Source: Kiritimatiellia bacterium (GTDB taxonomy: Bacteria > Verrucomicrobiota > Kiritimatiellia > RFP12 > UBA1067). Taken from it: a stretch of DNA of 64,000 nt. Shown here piece after piece: positions 1 to 9,277 of the stretch. The stretch's first letter is position 1. Each line of letters begins with the position of its first letter. The stretch is taken from contig JAGBZX010000006.1 of the NCBI GenBank assembly GCA_017628025.1, forward strand, positions 3,433-67,432, read 5' to 3'. The notes beneath the pieces are model-generated. The model worked only from the letters and a program-made list of their open reading frames with translations, ran no database searches and was not told the origin of the DNA. The position numbers and the translations under genes were made by a program.

Positions 1-224
1 GCTATATCAGGCTCTTTTGCTTCTGCTCCAAAACCAACCATGCGAACTCTAAGCTGGCTATCAGGCGAATACCAACCAACGCCAAGCTTCTCACCCGTGA
101 ACGAAAATACTTCAACGGTTTCTCCGGCTTGTGCATCACAGGACTCAACTCCGCCTGAAAACACCCACGGATGCAAATTCTTAACGCTACGCTCTCTGCC
201 TTTTTTAAGGATTAGTTTCTTCAT
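1..224 (-). CDS. N-terminal part of an RlmI/YccW-like PUA-domain SAM-dependent rRNA methyltransferase (partial, continues past left edge)
   Basis: Not in the ORF track (no stop in window). Reverse complement from ATG at 222-224 reads MKKLILKKGRERSVKNLHPWVFSGGVESCDAQAGETVEVFSFTGEKLGVGWYSPDSQLRVRMVGF... and is open to position 1. KxGRExS..HPWVFSG is the typical N-terminus of this family. Start is 14 nt downstream of the queA stop. Confidence 0.5.
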   Translation of the reverse strand, partial: MKKLILKKGRERSVKNLHPWVFSGGVESCDAQAGETVEVFSFTGEKLGVGWYSPDSQLRVRMVGFGAEAKEPDI

Positions 225-238
225 TTTAAAACCTCTTT

Positions 239-1291
239 TTATACTATTAGCATACAATCGCCGTAACTGAAAAATCTATAATTACCTCTTACCGCCAAAG
301 CATACGCGCAAAGCATGCGCTGACGCCCGGCTAACGCAGAAACCATCATTAAAAGTGTAGATTGTGGAAGATGAAAATTAGTTAGCATGCAATCGCAAAC
401 TTTAAAATCATATGGCGGATAGATAAAAATATCGCTAGCCCCAGCACCTGCCACAACCTTGCCACCATTAGCCGCGGCAACCGTTTCAAGCGTTCGCACA
501 GTGGTAGAGCCAACACAAAAAACGCGCCCTCCTCGAGATTTGCACTCATTGATAGCATCTGCAGCTTCTGGCGTGACCTCAAACGCCTCGAAGTCCATTT
601 TATGATCTTCAATCTCGTCTGCCTTTACTGGTCTAAAAGTTCCAGGCCCGACATGAAGAGTAATCGACACCTTACGCACACCTTTTTTTTCAAGATTAGC
701 AAAAATCTCTTCTGTAAAGTGAAGTCCAGCAGTAGGCGCTGCAACAGAGCCAGTATTGCGAGCATAAATTGTCTGATAACGAAGGCGATCCTCGCGCTCT
801 TCTTCTATTGTTCCTTCGCGATGAACATAGGGTGGCACAGGAGTGCGGCCAAATTCATCTAAAAGCTCCATTAAATCTCGCTCACACTTAAACTCACAAA
901 GCCACGCTCCAATCCCTTCTAGCGGGCGAACTAAAGTCGCCAAAAGCTCACCATTTGGGCCAAATTGCGCCACCTGCCCTTCGCGGCACTTTCGCCCAGA
1001 GCCAACGATGCAATTCCAACCGCCTGCTGGATTTGGAGAAACTAAAAGTATCTCCACTGCTCCAGATGTATCTGGCCAGCAACCTATCAATCTAGCGGGA
1101 AAAACCTTTGTATCATTAACGACAAGTAAGTCATTAGCTGTTATATAATCAACTATATCAGCAATATGCTTATGCTCGATGATGCCACCGTCACGGTGTA
1201 ATACCATCATCTTCTCGGTACCGCGTTCTTCAACTGGGTGTTGAGCAATAAGACGTTGTGGTAATGGATAATAGAAAAGTGACGTTTTCAT
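239..1291 (-). CDS. queA: S-adenosylmethionine:tRNA ribosyltransferase-isomerase
   Basis: 350-aa ORF, ATG start. N-terminus (FYYPLPQRLIAQHP) and length/sequence throughout are typical of QueA. Confidence 0.93.
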   Translation of the reverse strand: MKTSLFYYPLPQRLIAQHPVEERGTEKMMVLHRDGGIIEHKHIADIVDYITANDLLVVNDTKVFPARLIGCWPDTSGAVEILLVSPNPAGGWNCIVGSGRKCREGQVAQFGPNGELLATLVRPLEGIGAWLCEFKCERDLMELLDEFGRTPVPPYVHREGTIEEEREDRLRYQTIYARNTGSVAAPTAGLHFTEEIFANLEKKGVRKVSITLHVGPGTFRPVKADEIEDHKMDFEAFEVTPEAADAINECKSRGGRVFCVGSTTVRTLETVAAANGGKVVAGAGASDIFIYPPYDFKVCDCMLTNFHLPQSTLLMMVSALAGRQRMLCAYALAVRGNYRFFSYGDCMLIV

Positions 1292-1300
1292 TGGTTGTAT

Positions 1301-1309
1301 AGTATATCA
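1301..1309 (-). promoter_or_regulatory. extended -10-like element TGATATACT upstream of queA
   Basis: Minus strand reads TGATATACT. Only 9 nt separate the hexamer from the queA ATG (1291) and there is no Shine-Dalgarno, so the mRNA would be (near) leaderless. Member of a recurrent motif family (see findings). Confidence 0.4.
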
Positions 1310-1334
1310 AATAACAAGGCTCTAAACCATATGA

Positions 1335-2315
1335 CTAAAGATTCCTAAGCCCTTTGCCAGAAAGGTAAACGATAAGTTCTGCTACATAATCAGACTGCAA
1401 CATAGTCGCGCCTTTCTCTAGCCACCAACCCCAATTACCATCTGGCTCAAGAAGAGCAGATTTGTCACTATGCTTTGCAGAAATGGAATCCCAAAGTGTA
1501 TTAACCCATATGCGCGGCTGATTGGGAGCTTCTTTAAGCATTTTTATGACCTCAGGAACTAATGATGGATCATTAAAACAAACCTCATACATTGAATTCT
1601 TACGAGGTTCTTCTGCAATAAATGACTTTAAGAACTTTATCTGATTATCTTTATTTTTTATTGTAAACGATACTATTGGCATATAAAGGAGTTCTCCAGA
1701 AACGACACTTTCCCAATACTTGCCAAACTGCTCCTTAGTCTTATCTAAAGAACTAGAAGACTTAACGAGAACCTCTTTCATCGCACCAACCGAAGAGACA
1801 ACATCAAGAATTTCTCGAGGATGTTTCGTAAACTTATCGATATTTACAAGTATTTTGCCACGAGTAATATCTAAGGCTTCTTCAAGCGTAAGCAAACTAT
1901 ATTCTGTAGGTCTACCTTTTTGATCTTTTAGTTTAAGTTTTTTAAGCTCTTCTAGTGTAAAATCAGAAACATTCCCCTTACCAGTCGTAGTCCGATTAAG
2001 CGTTGCATCGTGATTAAGAACAAACCTACCGTCCTTTGTTCTTTGAACATCTAATTCTACAATATCGGCTCCTAGTCTAATGGCAGATAGGATAGCTCCT
2101 TTAGAATTTTCTGGGAAATTGCGCCAATCCCCGCGGTGCATAGCAACAAATACATAAGTACGATCATTTGACGAAATTTTATTTCGTATGGCATCGGTTT
2201 TTGACTCTGCTCTAGCACTGGTAAGTATCAAAAGAATAACTACATGAAAGAAAATCTTCAAAAACATTTTCAAATCCTTTCTACCATTAAAAAAGGTTCT
2301 CAACACAACAATCAT
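1335..2315 (-). CDS. glycerophosphodiester phosphodiesterase (GDPD family), secreted
   Basis: HRGDWRNFPENS ... ELDVQRTKDG ... LNHD motifs of the GDPD family, with a hydrophobic signal-like N-terminus. ORF-track start 2324 is TTG. ATG at 2313-2315 overlaps the dnaE stop as ATGA. Alternative ATG at 2265-2267 (MFLKIFFHVVILLILTSARA) has an AAAGGA upstream. Confidence 0.8.
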   Translation of the reverse strand: MIVVLRTFFNGRKDLKMFLKIFFHVVILLILTSARAESKTDAIRNKISSNDRTYVFVAMHRGDWRNFPENSKGAILSAIRLGADIVELDVQRTKDGRFVLNHDATLNRTTTGKGNVSDFTLEELKKLKLKDQKGRPTEYSLLTLEEALDITRGKILVNIDKFTKHPREILDVVSSVGAMKEVLVKSSSSLDKTKEQFGKYWESVVSGELLYMPIVSFTIKNKDNQIKFLKSFIAEEPRKNSMYEVCFNDPSLVPEVIKMLKEAPNQPRIWVNTLWDSISAKHSDKSALLEPDGNWGWWLEKGATMLQSDYVAELIVYLSGKGLRNL

Positions 2316-5300
2316 CTCTCCCAATGACGTGTTTCTTGAGGCAAAATATAAACATCATCCGAGGGATTTAGTGAAAAACTCTTTTGCGGGACGATTTTGG
2401 AAAGATGCGACAAAAACTCCATCGACGGATTTACTTTACAGAAATCTCCTAAAGAGACATCTACTGTATGCCCATCTAAATAATTTATCGACAAAACGAC
2501 ATCTAACCTGCCAGGATACTTTTGCGCTAACGATTTGATCTGTAAAATGCGCTCTGCTAAAGATTGATCTTCATATTGTAGGCGTATTTTAATTCGCTTA
2601 CTAAGTTTCAGGACAGCATCTTCAAAAAGATGGGCTTCTTTTACCGTTATTGAGTAATCGCCTATCATGGGATTTTGTTTTGTGATTTTGTCCTCATCGG
2701 AATAATCAATACGGCGAGAAATCTCAGCAGAAACCATAACTAGCCTATCTACATTTCCTTCTAGATTTTCGCACTTTTCCCATGCCTTTGCAAAGCACAT
2801 CATTTCTTTTGTTTCTGTATCATCATCGATAGTAAGAATAGCCCATTTTTTAGGAGGCTTATCATTCTTTGGTCGCGTCAGCCTAACATTACACTGCGTT
2901 AACATACCTACGATGCGTACATCAAAGTGCTTAAGTGCCCTTTTGTCTGTGACATTTGGATTGCGATTTTTCTTCCACTCGTCCACTTTGAATGCAGCGT
3001 CAGAAAGTCTTTCATCTAAACGATCTGGGTATTTAAGCTCGCGAAGTTTAAAAGTAGATACTTCATTAACAGAATTAATTACTGGCTCCAACGGGGAAGC
3101 TGTTACATAAACTCCTAATAAATCTCGCTCGTTTTTCAAATCTTCTGTTGGCGAAAAAGACGGAACCTGAAAAAGTTCTTCATCGGTAAATTTCTCTTCA
3201 CCGCCAGCCATAGTGCCGAAGAAATCTAATTGCGAGCTAGCCTTCTCTTTTGAGCGTTGCTGCATCTTTTTAACAGCAAATTCGACATTAGAGAAATAAA
3301 GAGCTCTATTATTACCAAATGCTGAAAACGCACCTGCTCTAGAGAGATTTTCTAAAACGCGCTTATTAACTGCTGCTGTTCCAGAAAGGCGCATACAAAA
3401 ATCCAAAAATCCCTTATATGGGCCATTTACCTTACGCTCCTCAACGATAGCCTTTGCCGCAAGTTCTCCAACGCCCTTTATACCTCCTAATCCATATCGA
3501 ATACCTTTTGCATCCGATGTCGGCACAAATCGGGAATCTGACTCGTTTACATCAGGAAGCTTAAGCTCTAGCCCCATATCTTGCGCCTCAGCAACGAAGC
3601 CTGGTAGCTTATCAAAATTACCAATTTCTGACGATATCTGCGCACACATAAATTCTGCTGGATAATGTGCCTTTAGATATCCTGTTTGGTAAGCCACCCA
3701 TGCATAGCAAACTGAATGAGACTTATTAAAAGCGTAGGATGCAAAAGCCTCCCAGTCTTTCCAAATTTTATCTATTAACTCTCGAGCTTTTCGCTCATCT
3801 TTCCATTCATTAATCCTAAATTTCTCATTTTCAAGACACCCCTTAATAAACTGCTCTTTAAGCGCAGCCATAACATCAAGGAGTTTCTTACCCATTGCCT
3901 TACGCAATTTATCAGAATCGCCGCGCGAAAAATTCGCTAAATCGCGCGACAATAACATGACCTGTTCCTGATAAACGGTAATGCCATAAGTATCTTTTAG
4001 GCGGCAAGCCATCTCTGGATGATCATAATAGATATCCTCAACACCTTGCTTTCGCCTAATAAACGACGGAATGTAGGCCATAGGACCAGGGCGATACAAG
4101 GCATTCATTGCAACAAGGTCAGTAAGCTTCTCTGGCTTTAATTGCTTGAGATACTCCTTCATCCCATCTGATTCAAACTGGAATAGACCAGTAGTTTCTC
4201 CCCTGCCAAAAAGCTCATATGTCTCTTTGTCATCGTCTGGAATTTTATCTACATCAAGAAGCCCATCTGAGGAACGTAAAAACTCTGGAACACGCGGATT
4301 ATTAGAACCTAAAATAGCAACGCATTCTTTCTCAACTGTCAATGTCTTTAAGCCAAGAAAGTCCATCTTCAAAAGCCCTACAGGCTCTACAAAATGGCCA
4401 TCATATTGCGTAGTTAGTAGCTCTTCACCCTCCGTGGGCATAACAGGCAATGTCTCAATAAGAGGATCTCGAGAAATAATTACGCCGCAGGCATGAACAC
4501 CTGGCTGACGCATACCACCTTCTAGCCTGCGGGCTCTTGCCATAAGAGACTTTACAACGGGGTCTTTGGAATTAAACGCTTCTTCTAACCCAGGTGAATA
4601 ATCTTTATTTGGCTCTCCTTTTTTATCGAGTTTGGAAGTTGCAGACTTAAACGACACCTTCGGCGAGTCAGGCACAAGCTGAGCTAACTTATTCGTGTCT
4701 GCAAGCGGATAGCCCATAGCTCTACCAACGTCTTTAATAACGCTTTTTGCAGCCATCTGCCCGAATGTGACGATATGGGCGACATGATCTTGACCATACT
4801 TTTTAGTAACATAATCAAGAACCTTTGCTCTGCCATCAACGTCAAAGTCAACGTCAATATCAGGCATTGAAATACGATCAGGATTTAAGAATCGTTCAAA
4901 AAGCAGATCGTACTTCAATGGGTCAACATTTGTAATGCCTAGAGCATATGCAACTGCCGCGCCTGCCGCCGAACCACGACCTGGACCGACCCATACTCCC
5001 ATAGACCTAGCCGCCTGAATATAATCATTTACGATCAAAAAGTAGCCAGGAAAGCCCATCTGCTTAATAATATCAAGCTCAAAGTCTAGGCGTTCCTTTG
5101 TGCTTTCAGGAATATCCTCTCCCCAACGTTTCTTTGCACCTTTATAAACAAGATCAGCCAGATAGTCAGACTCAAATTTAATTCTAAGAACTTTATCTAG
5201 TCCTTTAAAGCGATCAAAATTCTTAAACTCCGCTCTTAGAGCGTCTTCTGTAAAACGCGCTTTATATTCTTCTTCTGTGCCAAAGCTCGCTGGTATCGGA

Positions 5301-6277
5301 AACTTCGGCATAATAGGATCGGCATTTAAGTCATACTCTTCAACTTTTGCCGCGACTTCAGCTGTTGCACTTATAACTTCTTGATTATCGCTGAAAAGCG
5401 CACGCATTTCTTCTTCTGTCTTGAAATATTCTTGACCAGTATAAATCATGCGCTTGGGGTCATCAAGTTTTGTCTGAGTAGAAAGCGCTAAAAGAACGTC
5501 ATGCGAATCATCATCTTCTTTATTTAAAAAATGAACGTCATTTGTAGCAACAACTCGAATACCTAGTTCTTTGCCTAATTCAAAAACTTTTGCCGCTACT
5601 TTTTTCTGTCGCTGATACAGCTTGTGCATATCTAAGACAGCCTCTTGGCTTATTCGCTCAATTACAGTACCGTCATTAGAACGAACCTCAGAAGGCACCT
5701 TCTCTGTCTTATGTAGCATCACCTCTAGTGAGTAATCATCACCAAAAAGGTTTTTATACCAAAGCGCTATTTCTTTTGCTTTATTAAAATCATGCCCACC
5801 ATCTTCAACATCATCATCTAAGAAATACTGTACTTCACCTGCAATACATGCCGAACTACACATTAATCCTTCATGATAGCGCTCAAGAAGAGTGTGGTCA
5901 ATTCGCGGATAATAATACCTACCGTTTACATGAGCTTCGGAGATTAGTTTAACTAAATTCCGATAGCCAGTTAAATTTTTAGCGTGCAAGCAAAGGTGAT
6001 ATCTCTTCTCCTTTAGACCAGGATGTGCTCTAAAATATTCGTGCCTTTCGCGATAATCATGATCAACGACATATGCCTCTACGCCTAAAATTGGTTTGAT
6101 TTTTTGCTTGCGACATTCATCATAAAAAGCCTTTAACGCAAAAAGATTACCGTGATCCGTAACCGCTAGCGCACTCATTCCTAACTCTTTGGCTTTAGCA
6201 ACTAGCGGCTTAATTTGACATTGCCCGTCTAGAAGCGAGAATGTTGAATGCAAATGAAGATGTACAAACTCTCCCAT
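2312..6277 (-). CDS. dnaE: DNA polymerase III alpha subunit
   Basis: About 1320 aa with a PHP domain (FVHLHLHSTFSLLDG), polymerase core (GPGRGSAAG, PDIDVDF) and an OB-fold tail. ORF-track start 6292 is TTG; first ATG (MGEFVHLHLHS) is at 6275-6277, 7 nt after the gspF stop. Confidence 0.95.
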   Translation of the reverse strand: MGEFVHLHLHSTFSLLDGQCQIKPLVAKAKELGMSALAVTDHGNLFALKAFYDECRKQKIKPILGVEAYVVDHDYRERHEYFRAHPGLKEKRYHLCLHAKNLTGYRNLVKLISEAHVNGRYYYPRIDHTLLERYHEGLMCSSACIAGEVQYFLDDDVEDGGHDFNKAKEIALWYKNLFGDDYSLEVMLHKTEKVPSEVRSNDGTVIERISQEAVLDMHKLYQRQKKVAAKVFELGKELGIRVVATNDVHFLNKEDDDSHDVLLALSTQTKLDDPKRMIYTGQEYFKTEEEMRALFSDNQEVISATAEVAAKVEEYDLNADPIMPKFPIPASFGTEEEYKARFTEDALRAEFKNFDRFKGLDKVLRIKFESDYLADLVYKGAKKRWGEDIPESTKERLDFELDIIKQMGFPGYFLIVNDYIQAARSMGVWVGPGRGSAAGAAVAYALGITNVDPLKYDLLFERFLNPDRISMPDIDVDFDVDGRAKVLDYVTKKYGQDHVAHIVTFGQMAAKSVIKDVGRAMGYPLADTNKLAQLVPDSPKVSFKSATSKLDKKGEPNKDYSPGLEEAFNSKDPVVKSLMARARRLEGGMRQPGVHACGVIISRDPLIETLPVMPTEGEELLTTQYDGHFVEPVGLLKMDFLGLKTLTVEKECVAILGSNNPRVPEFLRSSDGLLDVDKIPDDDKETYELFGRGETTGLFQFESDGMKEYLKQLKPEKLTDLVAMNALYRPGPMAYIPSFIRRKQGVEDIYYDHPEMACRLKDTYGITVYQEQVMLLSRDLANFSRGDSDKLRKAMGKKLLDVMAALKEQFIKGCLENEKFRINEWKDERKARELIDKIWKDWEAFASYAFNKSHSVCYAWVAYQTGYLKAHYPAEFMCAQISSEIGNFDKLPGFVAEAQDMGLELKLPDVNESDSRFVPTSDAKGIRYGLGGIKGVGELAAKAIVEERKVNGPYKGFLDFCMRLSGTAAVNKRVLENLSRAGAFSAFGNNRALYFSNVEFAVKKMQQRSKEKASSQLDFFGTMAGGEEKFTDEELFQVPSFSPTEDLKNERDLLGVYVTASPLEPVINSVNEVSTFKLRELKYPDRLDERLSDAAFKVDEWKKNRNPNVTDKRALKHFDVRIVGMLTQCNVRLTRPKNDKPPKKWAILTIDDDTETKEMMCFAKAWEKCENLEGNVDRLVMVSAEISRRIDYSDEDKITKQNPMIGDYSITVKEAHLFEDAVLKLSKRIKIRLQYEDQSLAERILQIKSLAQKYPGRLDVVLSINYLDGHTVDVSLGDFCKVNPSMEFLSHLSKIVPQKSFSLNPSDDVYILPQETRHWER

Positions 6278-6284
6278 GACGGCA

Positions 6285-7466
6285 TTATCCAAGCGAGGAG
6301 GAAACCTTAAAGACCGCCATCAAAATAGCAATTGCAACAAACCCAACTACGCCAGCAATAAGTACTATTAGAATAGGTTCTAGCGCATTAGTAAATACAG
6401 CAATATTTCTATCCATATCCTTCTGGTATCTCATACCAATATGTTCTAGCGAAGAAACCATATCGCCTGCTTGTTCTCCAACTGTAAGCATATCAGTCAT
6501 CATCTTCGGGAAAACACCGGAAGAAGCAAGAGGGCCAGAAATAGAAGTACCATCTGTTACGCGTTCGCGAGCAGTTTTAAGAGCTTTTGCGATAACGGCA
6601 TTGCCACAAGTTTCTTGGCAAATTTTAAGAGCGCCTAAGACATTGACACCATTAGCAAGCAGTGTCTTAAGCGTATAAGCTAATGATGAATAAGCACCTG
6701 CTGCAACAATGCCCTTTATAAGCGGCATTTTTAGCTTCCAGCCATCTATTTTCATCATGCCAATTTCAGTTGTTTTCCACTTTTTAAACCACAATGCGAA
6801 AAGAACAGCACCTATAGCTAGCGTCCAGCCATAGTTAATAAGAAACTCCGACATCGCAATTAGAATGCGAGTAGGAAGCGGCAAGGACGCACCCATTGAT
6901 TCGAAAACTTTTTTAAACTGGGGTATAATCCAAACTAAAGCGCCAATAACAGCTAGCACACCAAAAGATAGAACTATTATAGGATATGACATGGCGCTTT
7001 TTATTTTACCACGCATATTGTCATAGCGCTCAAAATGATCTACCAAACGACGCAAAACTTCAATCATCGCGCCAGATGCTTCGCCTGCCCTAATCATATT
7101 AATGTAGAGTGGCTCAAATGTCTTCGGGTGACAAGCAAGAGCATCTGAAAAATTCTCACCTGCAACAATGCGATCACAGAGATCCTGGCATATTTCTCGC
7201 TGAGGAGAGCCTTCCTCTCCTTGATTAGAAAGAGCTCTTAGAGCTGCGCCAAGTTTCATACCAGCTTCAAGAAGGTCTGCTAATTCGCTAGTTAAAAGTA
7301 AAACTTCAAGATTATTTAAATCAGTGCGCTTGCGGCCAAGTTCAAGTTGCCAAATAGACTTATTTGACTTGTTTTGGTTCGTCTCTAAGACTTTTTTACT
7401 TTGAGCCTTATTTACCACGCTGGAAGTGCGTGCATTAGACAATCTTGAACTCTTGGCATACCCCAT
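6285..7466 (-). CDS. gspF: type II secretion / type IV pilus platform protein (GspF/PilC family)
   Basis: 393 aa with a duplicated T2SF domain (IRAGEASGAM.. and LTVGEQAGDM..) and three hydrophobic TM segments. Confidence 0.85.
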   Translation of the reverse strand: MGYAKSSRLSNARTSSVVNKAQSKKVLETNQNKSNKSIWQLELGRKRTDLNNLEVLLLTSELADLLEAGMKLGAALRALSNQGEEGSPQREICQDLCDRIVAGENFSDALACHPKTFEPLYINMIRAGEASGAMIEVLRRLVDHFERYDNMRGKIKSAMSYPIIVLSFGVLAVIGALVWIIPQFKKVFESMGASLPLPTRILIAMSEFLINYGWTLAIGAVLFALWFKKWKTTEIGMMKIDGWKLKMPLIKGIVAAGAYSSLAYTLKTLLANGVNVLGALKICQETCGNAVIAKALKTARERVTDGTSISGPLASSGVFPKMMTDMLTVGEQAGDMVSSLEHIGMRYQKDMDRNIAVFTNALEPILIVLIAGVVGFVAIAILMAVFKVSSSLG

Positions 7467-7469
7467 AGA

Positions 7470-8039
7470 TTAGCGCATCTGCCCCTCTATTATTTTAACA
7501 ACTTGAGCCAACGCTCGCGCTCTATGAGAAATAGCATTTTTCTCATCCTCAGAAAGCTCTGCAAATGTGCGCTCATGCCCATCAGGAACAAAAAGCGGAT
7601 CATAACCAAAACCGCCATTACCAGCAGGTTGCGAAAGTATAACGCCATGACAACGCCCTTCAACAGTATGTATCGCTCCTGTTGGCTCAATAAGCGCCAT
7701 AGCACAAACGAAACTAGCGCGTCGATCTTCTACCTTTGACATATTCTCAAGTAGAAGCTTATTATTCGCAGGTGTATCACCATCTTTACCAGCATAACGG
7801 GCACTTCTAACACCCGGCTCACCGTTAAGAGCTACAACTTGAAGCCCCGAATCATCTGCAAGTATCCAATCCCCTTTGTATTTAGCGGCAAGCGCTTCTG
7901 CCTTGAGAAGCGCATTGCCAACAAAAGTAGCGGCAGTTTCTTCTGCCGCTGAATCTTCTGGCAAAATTTCAAATTGCGGGAGAATTTTTTTTATCTCCCG
8001 CACTTTGCCAGCGTTATGAGTAGCTAATCTTAGCCTCAT
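7470..8039 (-). CDS. rdgB: dITP/XTP pyrophosphatase (RdgB/HAM1)
   Basis: 189 aa with LATHNAGKVREI, DDSGL, FGYDP and SHRA motifs. ATGA overlap with the serA stop. Confidence 0.9.
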   Translation of the reverse strand: MRLRLATHNAGKVREIKKILPQFEILPEDSAAEETAATFVGNALLKAEALAAKYKGDWILADDSGLQVVALNGEPGVRSARYAGKDGDTPANNKLLLENMSKVEDRRASFVCAMALIEPTGAIHTVEGRCHGVILSQPAGNGGFGYDPLFVPDGHERTFAELSEDEKNAISHRARALAQVVKIIEGQMR

Positions 8040-9202
8040 TTTACAACTCTTACCCTAATGACTGCTTCAGAACTTGCTAACGCCTCAATAAGCTCAGGCG
8101 TAGTAGGCGAATCAATATCAATAAGTGTATAAGCGACATCCCCGCGGCTCTTATTTGCGATTGCATCGATATTTACCTTCGCATTACCAAGAATGGAGGT
8201 AAATGTACCTATCATATTAGCTTCGTTTCTGTGACAAATCGCAATACGACCAGCCTTGGTAGGAAGCCCAAGCGAGCATGCAGGATAGTTAACAGAGTTT
8301 ACAATATTGCCATTTTCAAGGAAGTCACGCATTTGCTTGACTGCCATAATAGCGCAGTTGTCTTCTGCCTCAGCAGTAGAAGCACCAAGGTGAGGAATTA
8401 CAAGACACCCCTTCTTGCCTGCAGTAGTTGAATTTGGGAAATCGGTCACGTACTTGCGAACCTTGCCGCTTTCAAGCGCTACGAGCATATCCTTTTCATT
8501 AACAAGAGCATCACGAGCTGCATTGATAATAATTACGCCGCGCTTCATCATAGCAATGGCATCGGCATTAATCATACCTTTTGTTGACTCTAGCGCTGGC
8601 ACATGAACAGTAATAAAATCGCAAGCGCTATAAATAGCCTCGACATTTTTGCAATGCTTTACAGATTGCTCAAGATTCCAAGCTGCGTCAACAGAAAGAT
8701 ATGGATCATAACCATAAACCTCCATGCCAAGTTGAACGGCGGCATTTGCAACCTTTTGACCAATCGCGCCAAGGCCAATAACACCAAGTTTCTTGCCTTG
8801 AATTTCTGTGCCTGCGAAAGCTTTCTTTGCTTTTTCAGCAGTCTTATTAATCGCTGGGTCATTAACATTCTCCTTAACCCAATCGATACCACCAACTATA
8901 TCACGGCTAGCTAAAAGCATCGCAGCGATAACAAGCTCTTTTACGCCATTGGCATTAGCACCAGGGGTATTAAAAACGACGATACCCTTATTTGCGTAAT
9001 CGGCATGAGGAATATTATTAACACCTGCGCCAGCGCGAGCGACAGCAAGAAGTTCTTCGCCAACTTCCATATCGTCCATTTTCGCGCTACGTACAAACGC
9101 AGCCTTCGCTTCTGTTAGTTTTTCTGTGCGAACATAATTGTCGCCAAGATTATTTAAACCGCAGTCCGCAATAGGATTGAGGCATGTATATGTGTATTTC
9201 AT
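8036..9202 (-). CDS. serA: D-3-phosphoglycerate dehydrogenase (short form with ACT-like C-terminus)
   Basis: 388 aa. 2-hydroxyacid dehydrogenase NAD-binding motif GVIGLGAIGQ, catalytic region and a C-terminal ACT-like domain. AAGGAAG ribosome-binding site upstream. Confidence 0.85.
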   Translation of the reverse strand: MKYTYTCLNPIADCGLNNLGDNYVRTEKLTEAKAAFVRSAKMDDMEVGEELLAVARAGAGVNNIPHADYANKGIVVFNTPGANANGVKELVIAAMLLASRDIVGGIDWVKENVNDPAINKTAEKAKKAFAGTEIQGKKLGVIGLGAIGQKVANAAVQLGMEVYGYDPYLSVDAAWNLEQSVKHCKNVEAIYSACDFITVHVPALESTKGMINADAIAMMKRGVIIINAARDALVNEKDMLVALESGKVRKYVTDFPNSTTAGKKGCLVIPHLGASTAEAEDNCAIMAVKQMRDFLENGNIVNSVNYPACSLGLPTKAGRIAICHRNEANMIGTFTSILGNAKVNIDAIANKSRGDVAYTLIDIDSPTTPELIEALASSEAVIRVRVVK

Positions 9203-9260
9203 AGTTTCTTCCTTAGAGTTTATCGTGGAATTTAGTCGTCACGCATGAAGACCAACGCAT

Positions 9261-9269
9261 AGTATATCA
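9261..9269 (-). promoter_or_regulatory. extended -10-like element TGATATACT upstream of serA
   Basis: Minus strand reads TGATATACT, 58 nt upstream of the serA ATG, in the 75-nt spacer after the preceding gene. Confidence 0.4.
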
Positions 9270-9277
9270 TATTTCGC

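Noticed and set aside
40-270. 76-aa plus-strand ORF at the left edge
   Set aside because: It lies antisense to a much better-supported reading frame (RlmI-like N-terminus with a conserved HPWVFSG motif) and overlaps the queA stop. Its product is low-complexity, with no ribosome-binding site and no family resemblance.
7490-8999. Several 63-103 aa ORFs nested in rdgB/serA on either strand
   Set aside because: They are fully contained within well-supported genes and have low-complexity products and no signals.
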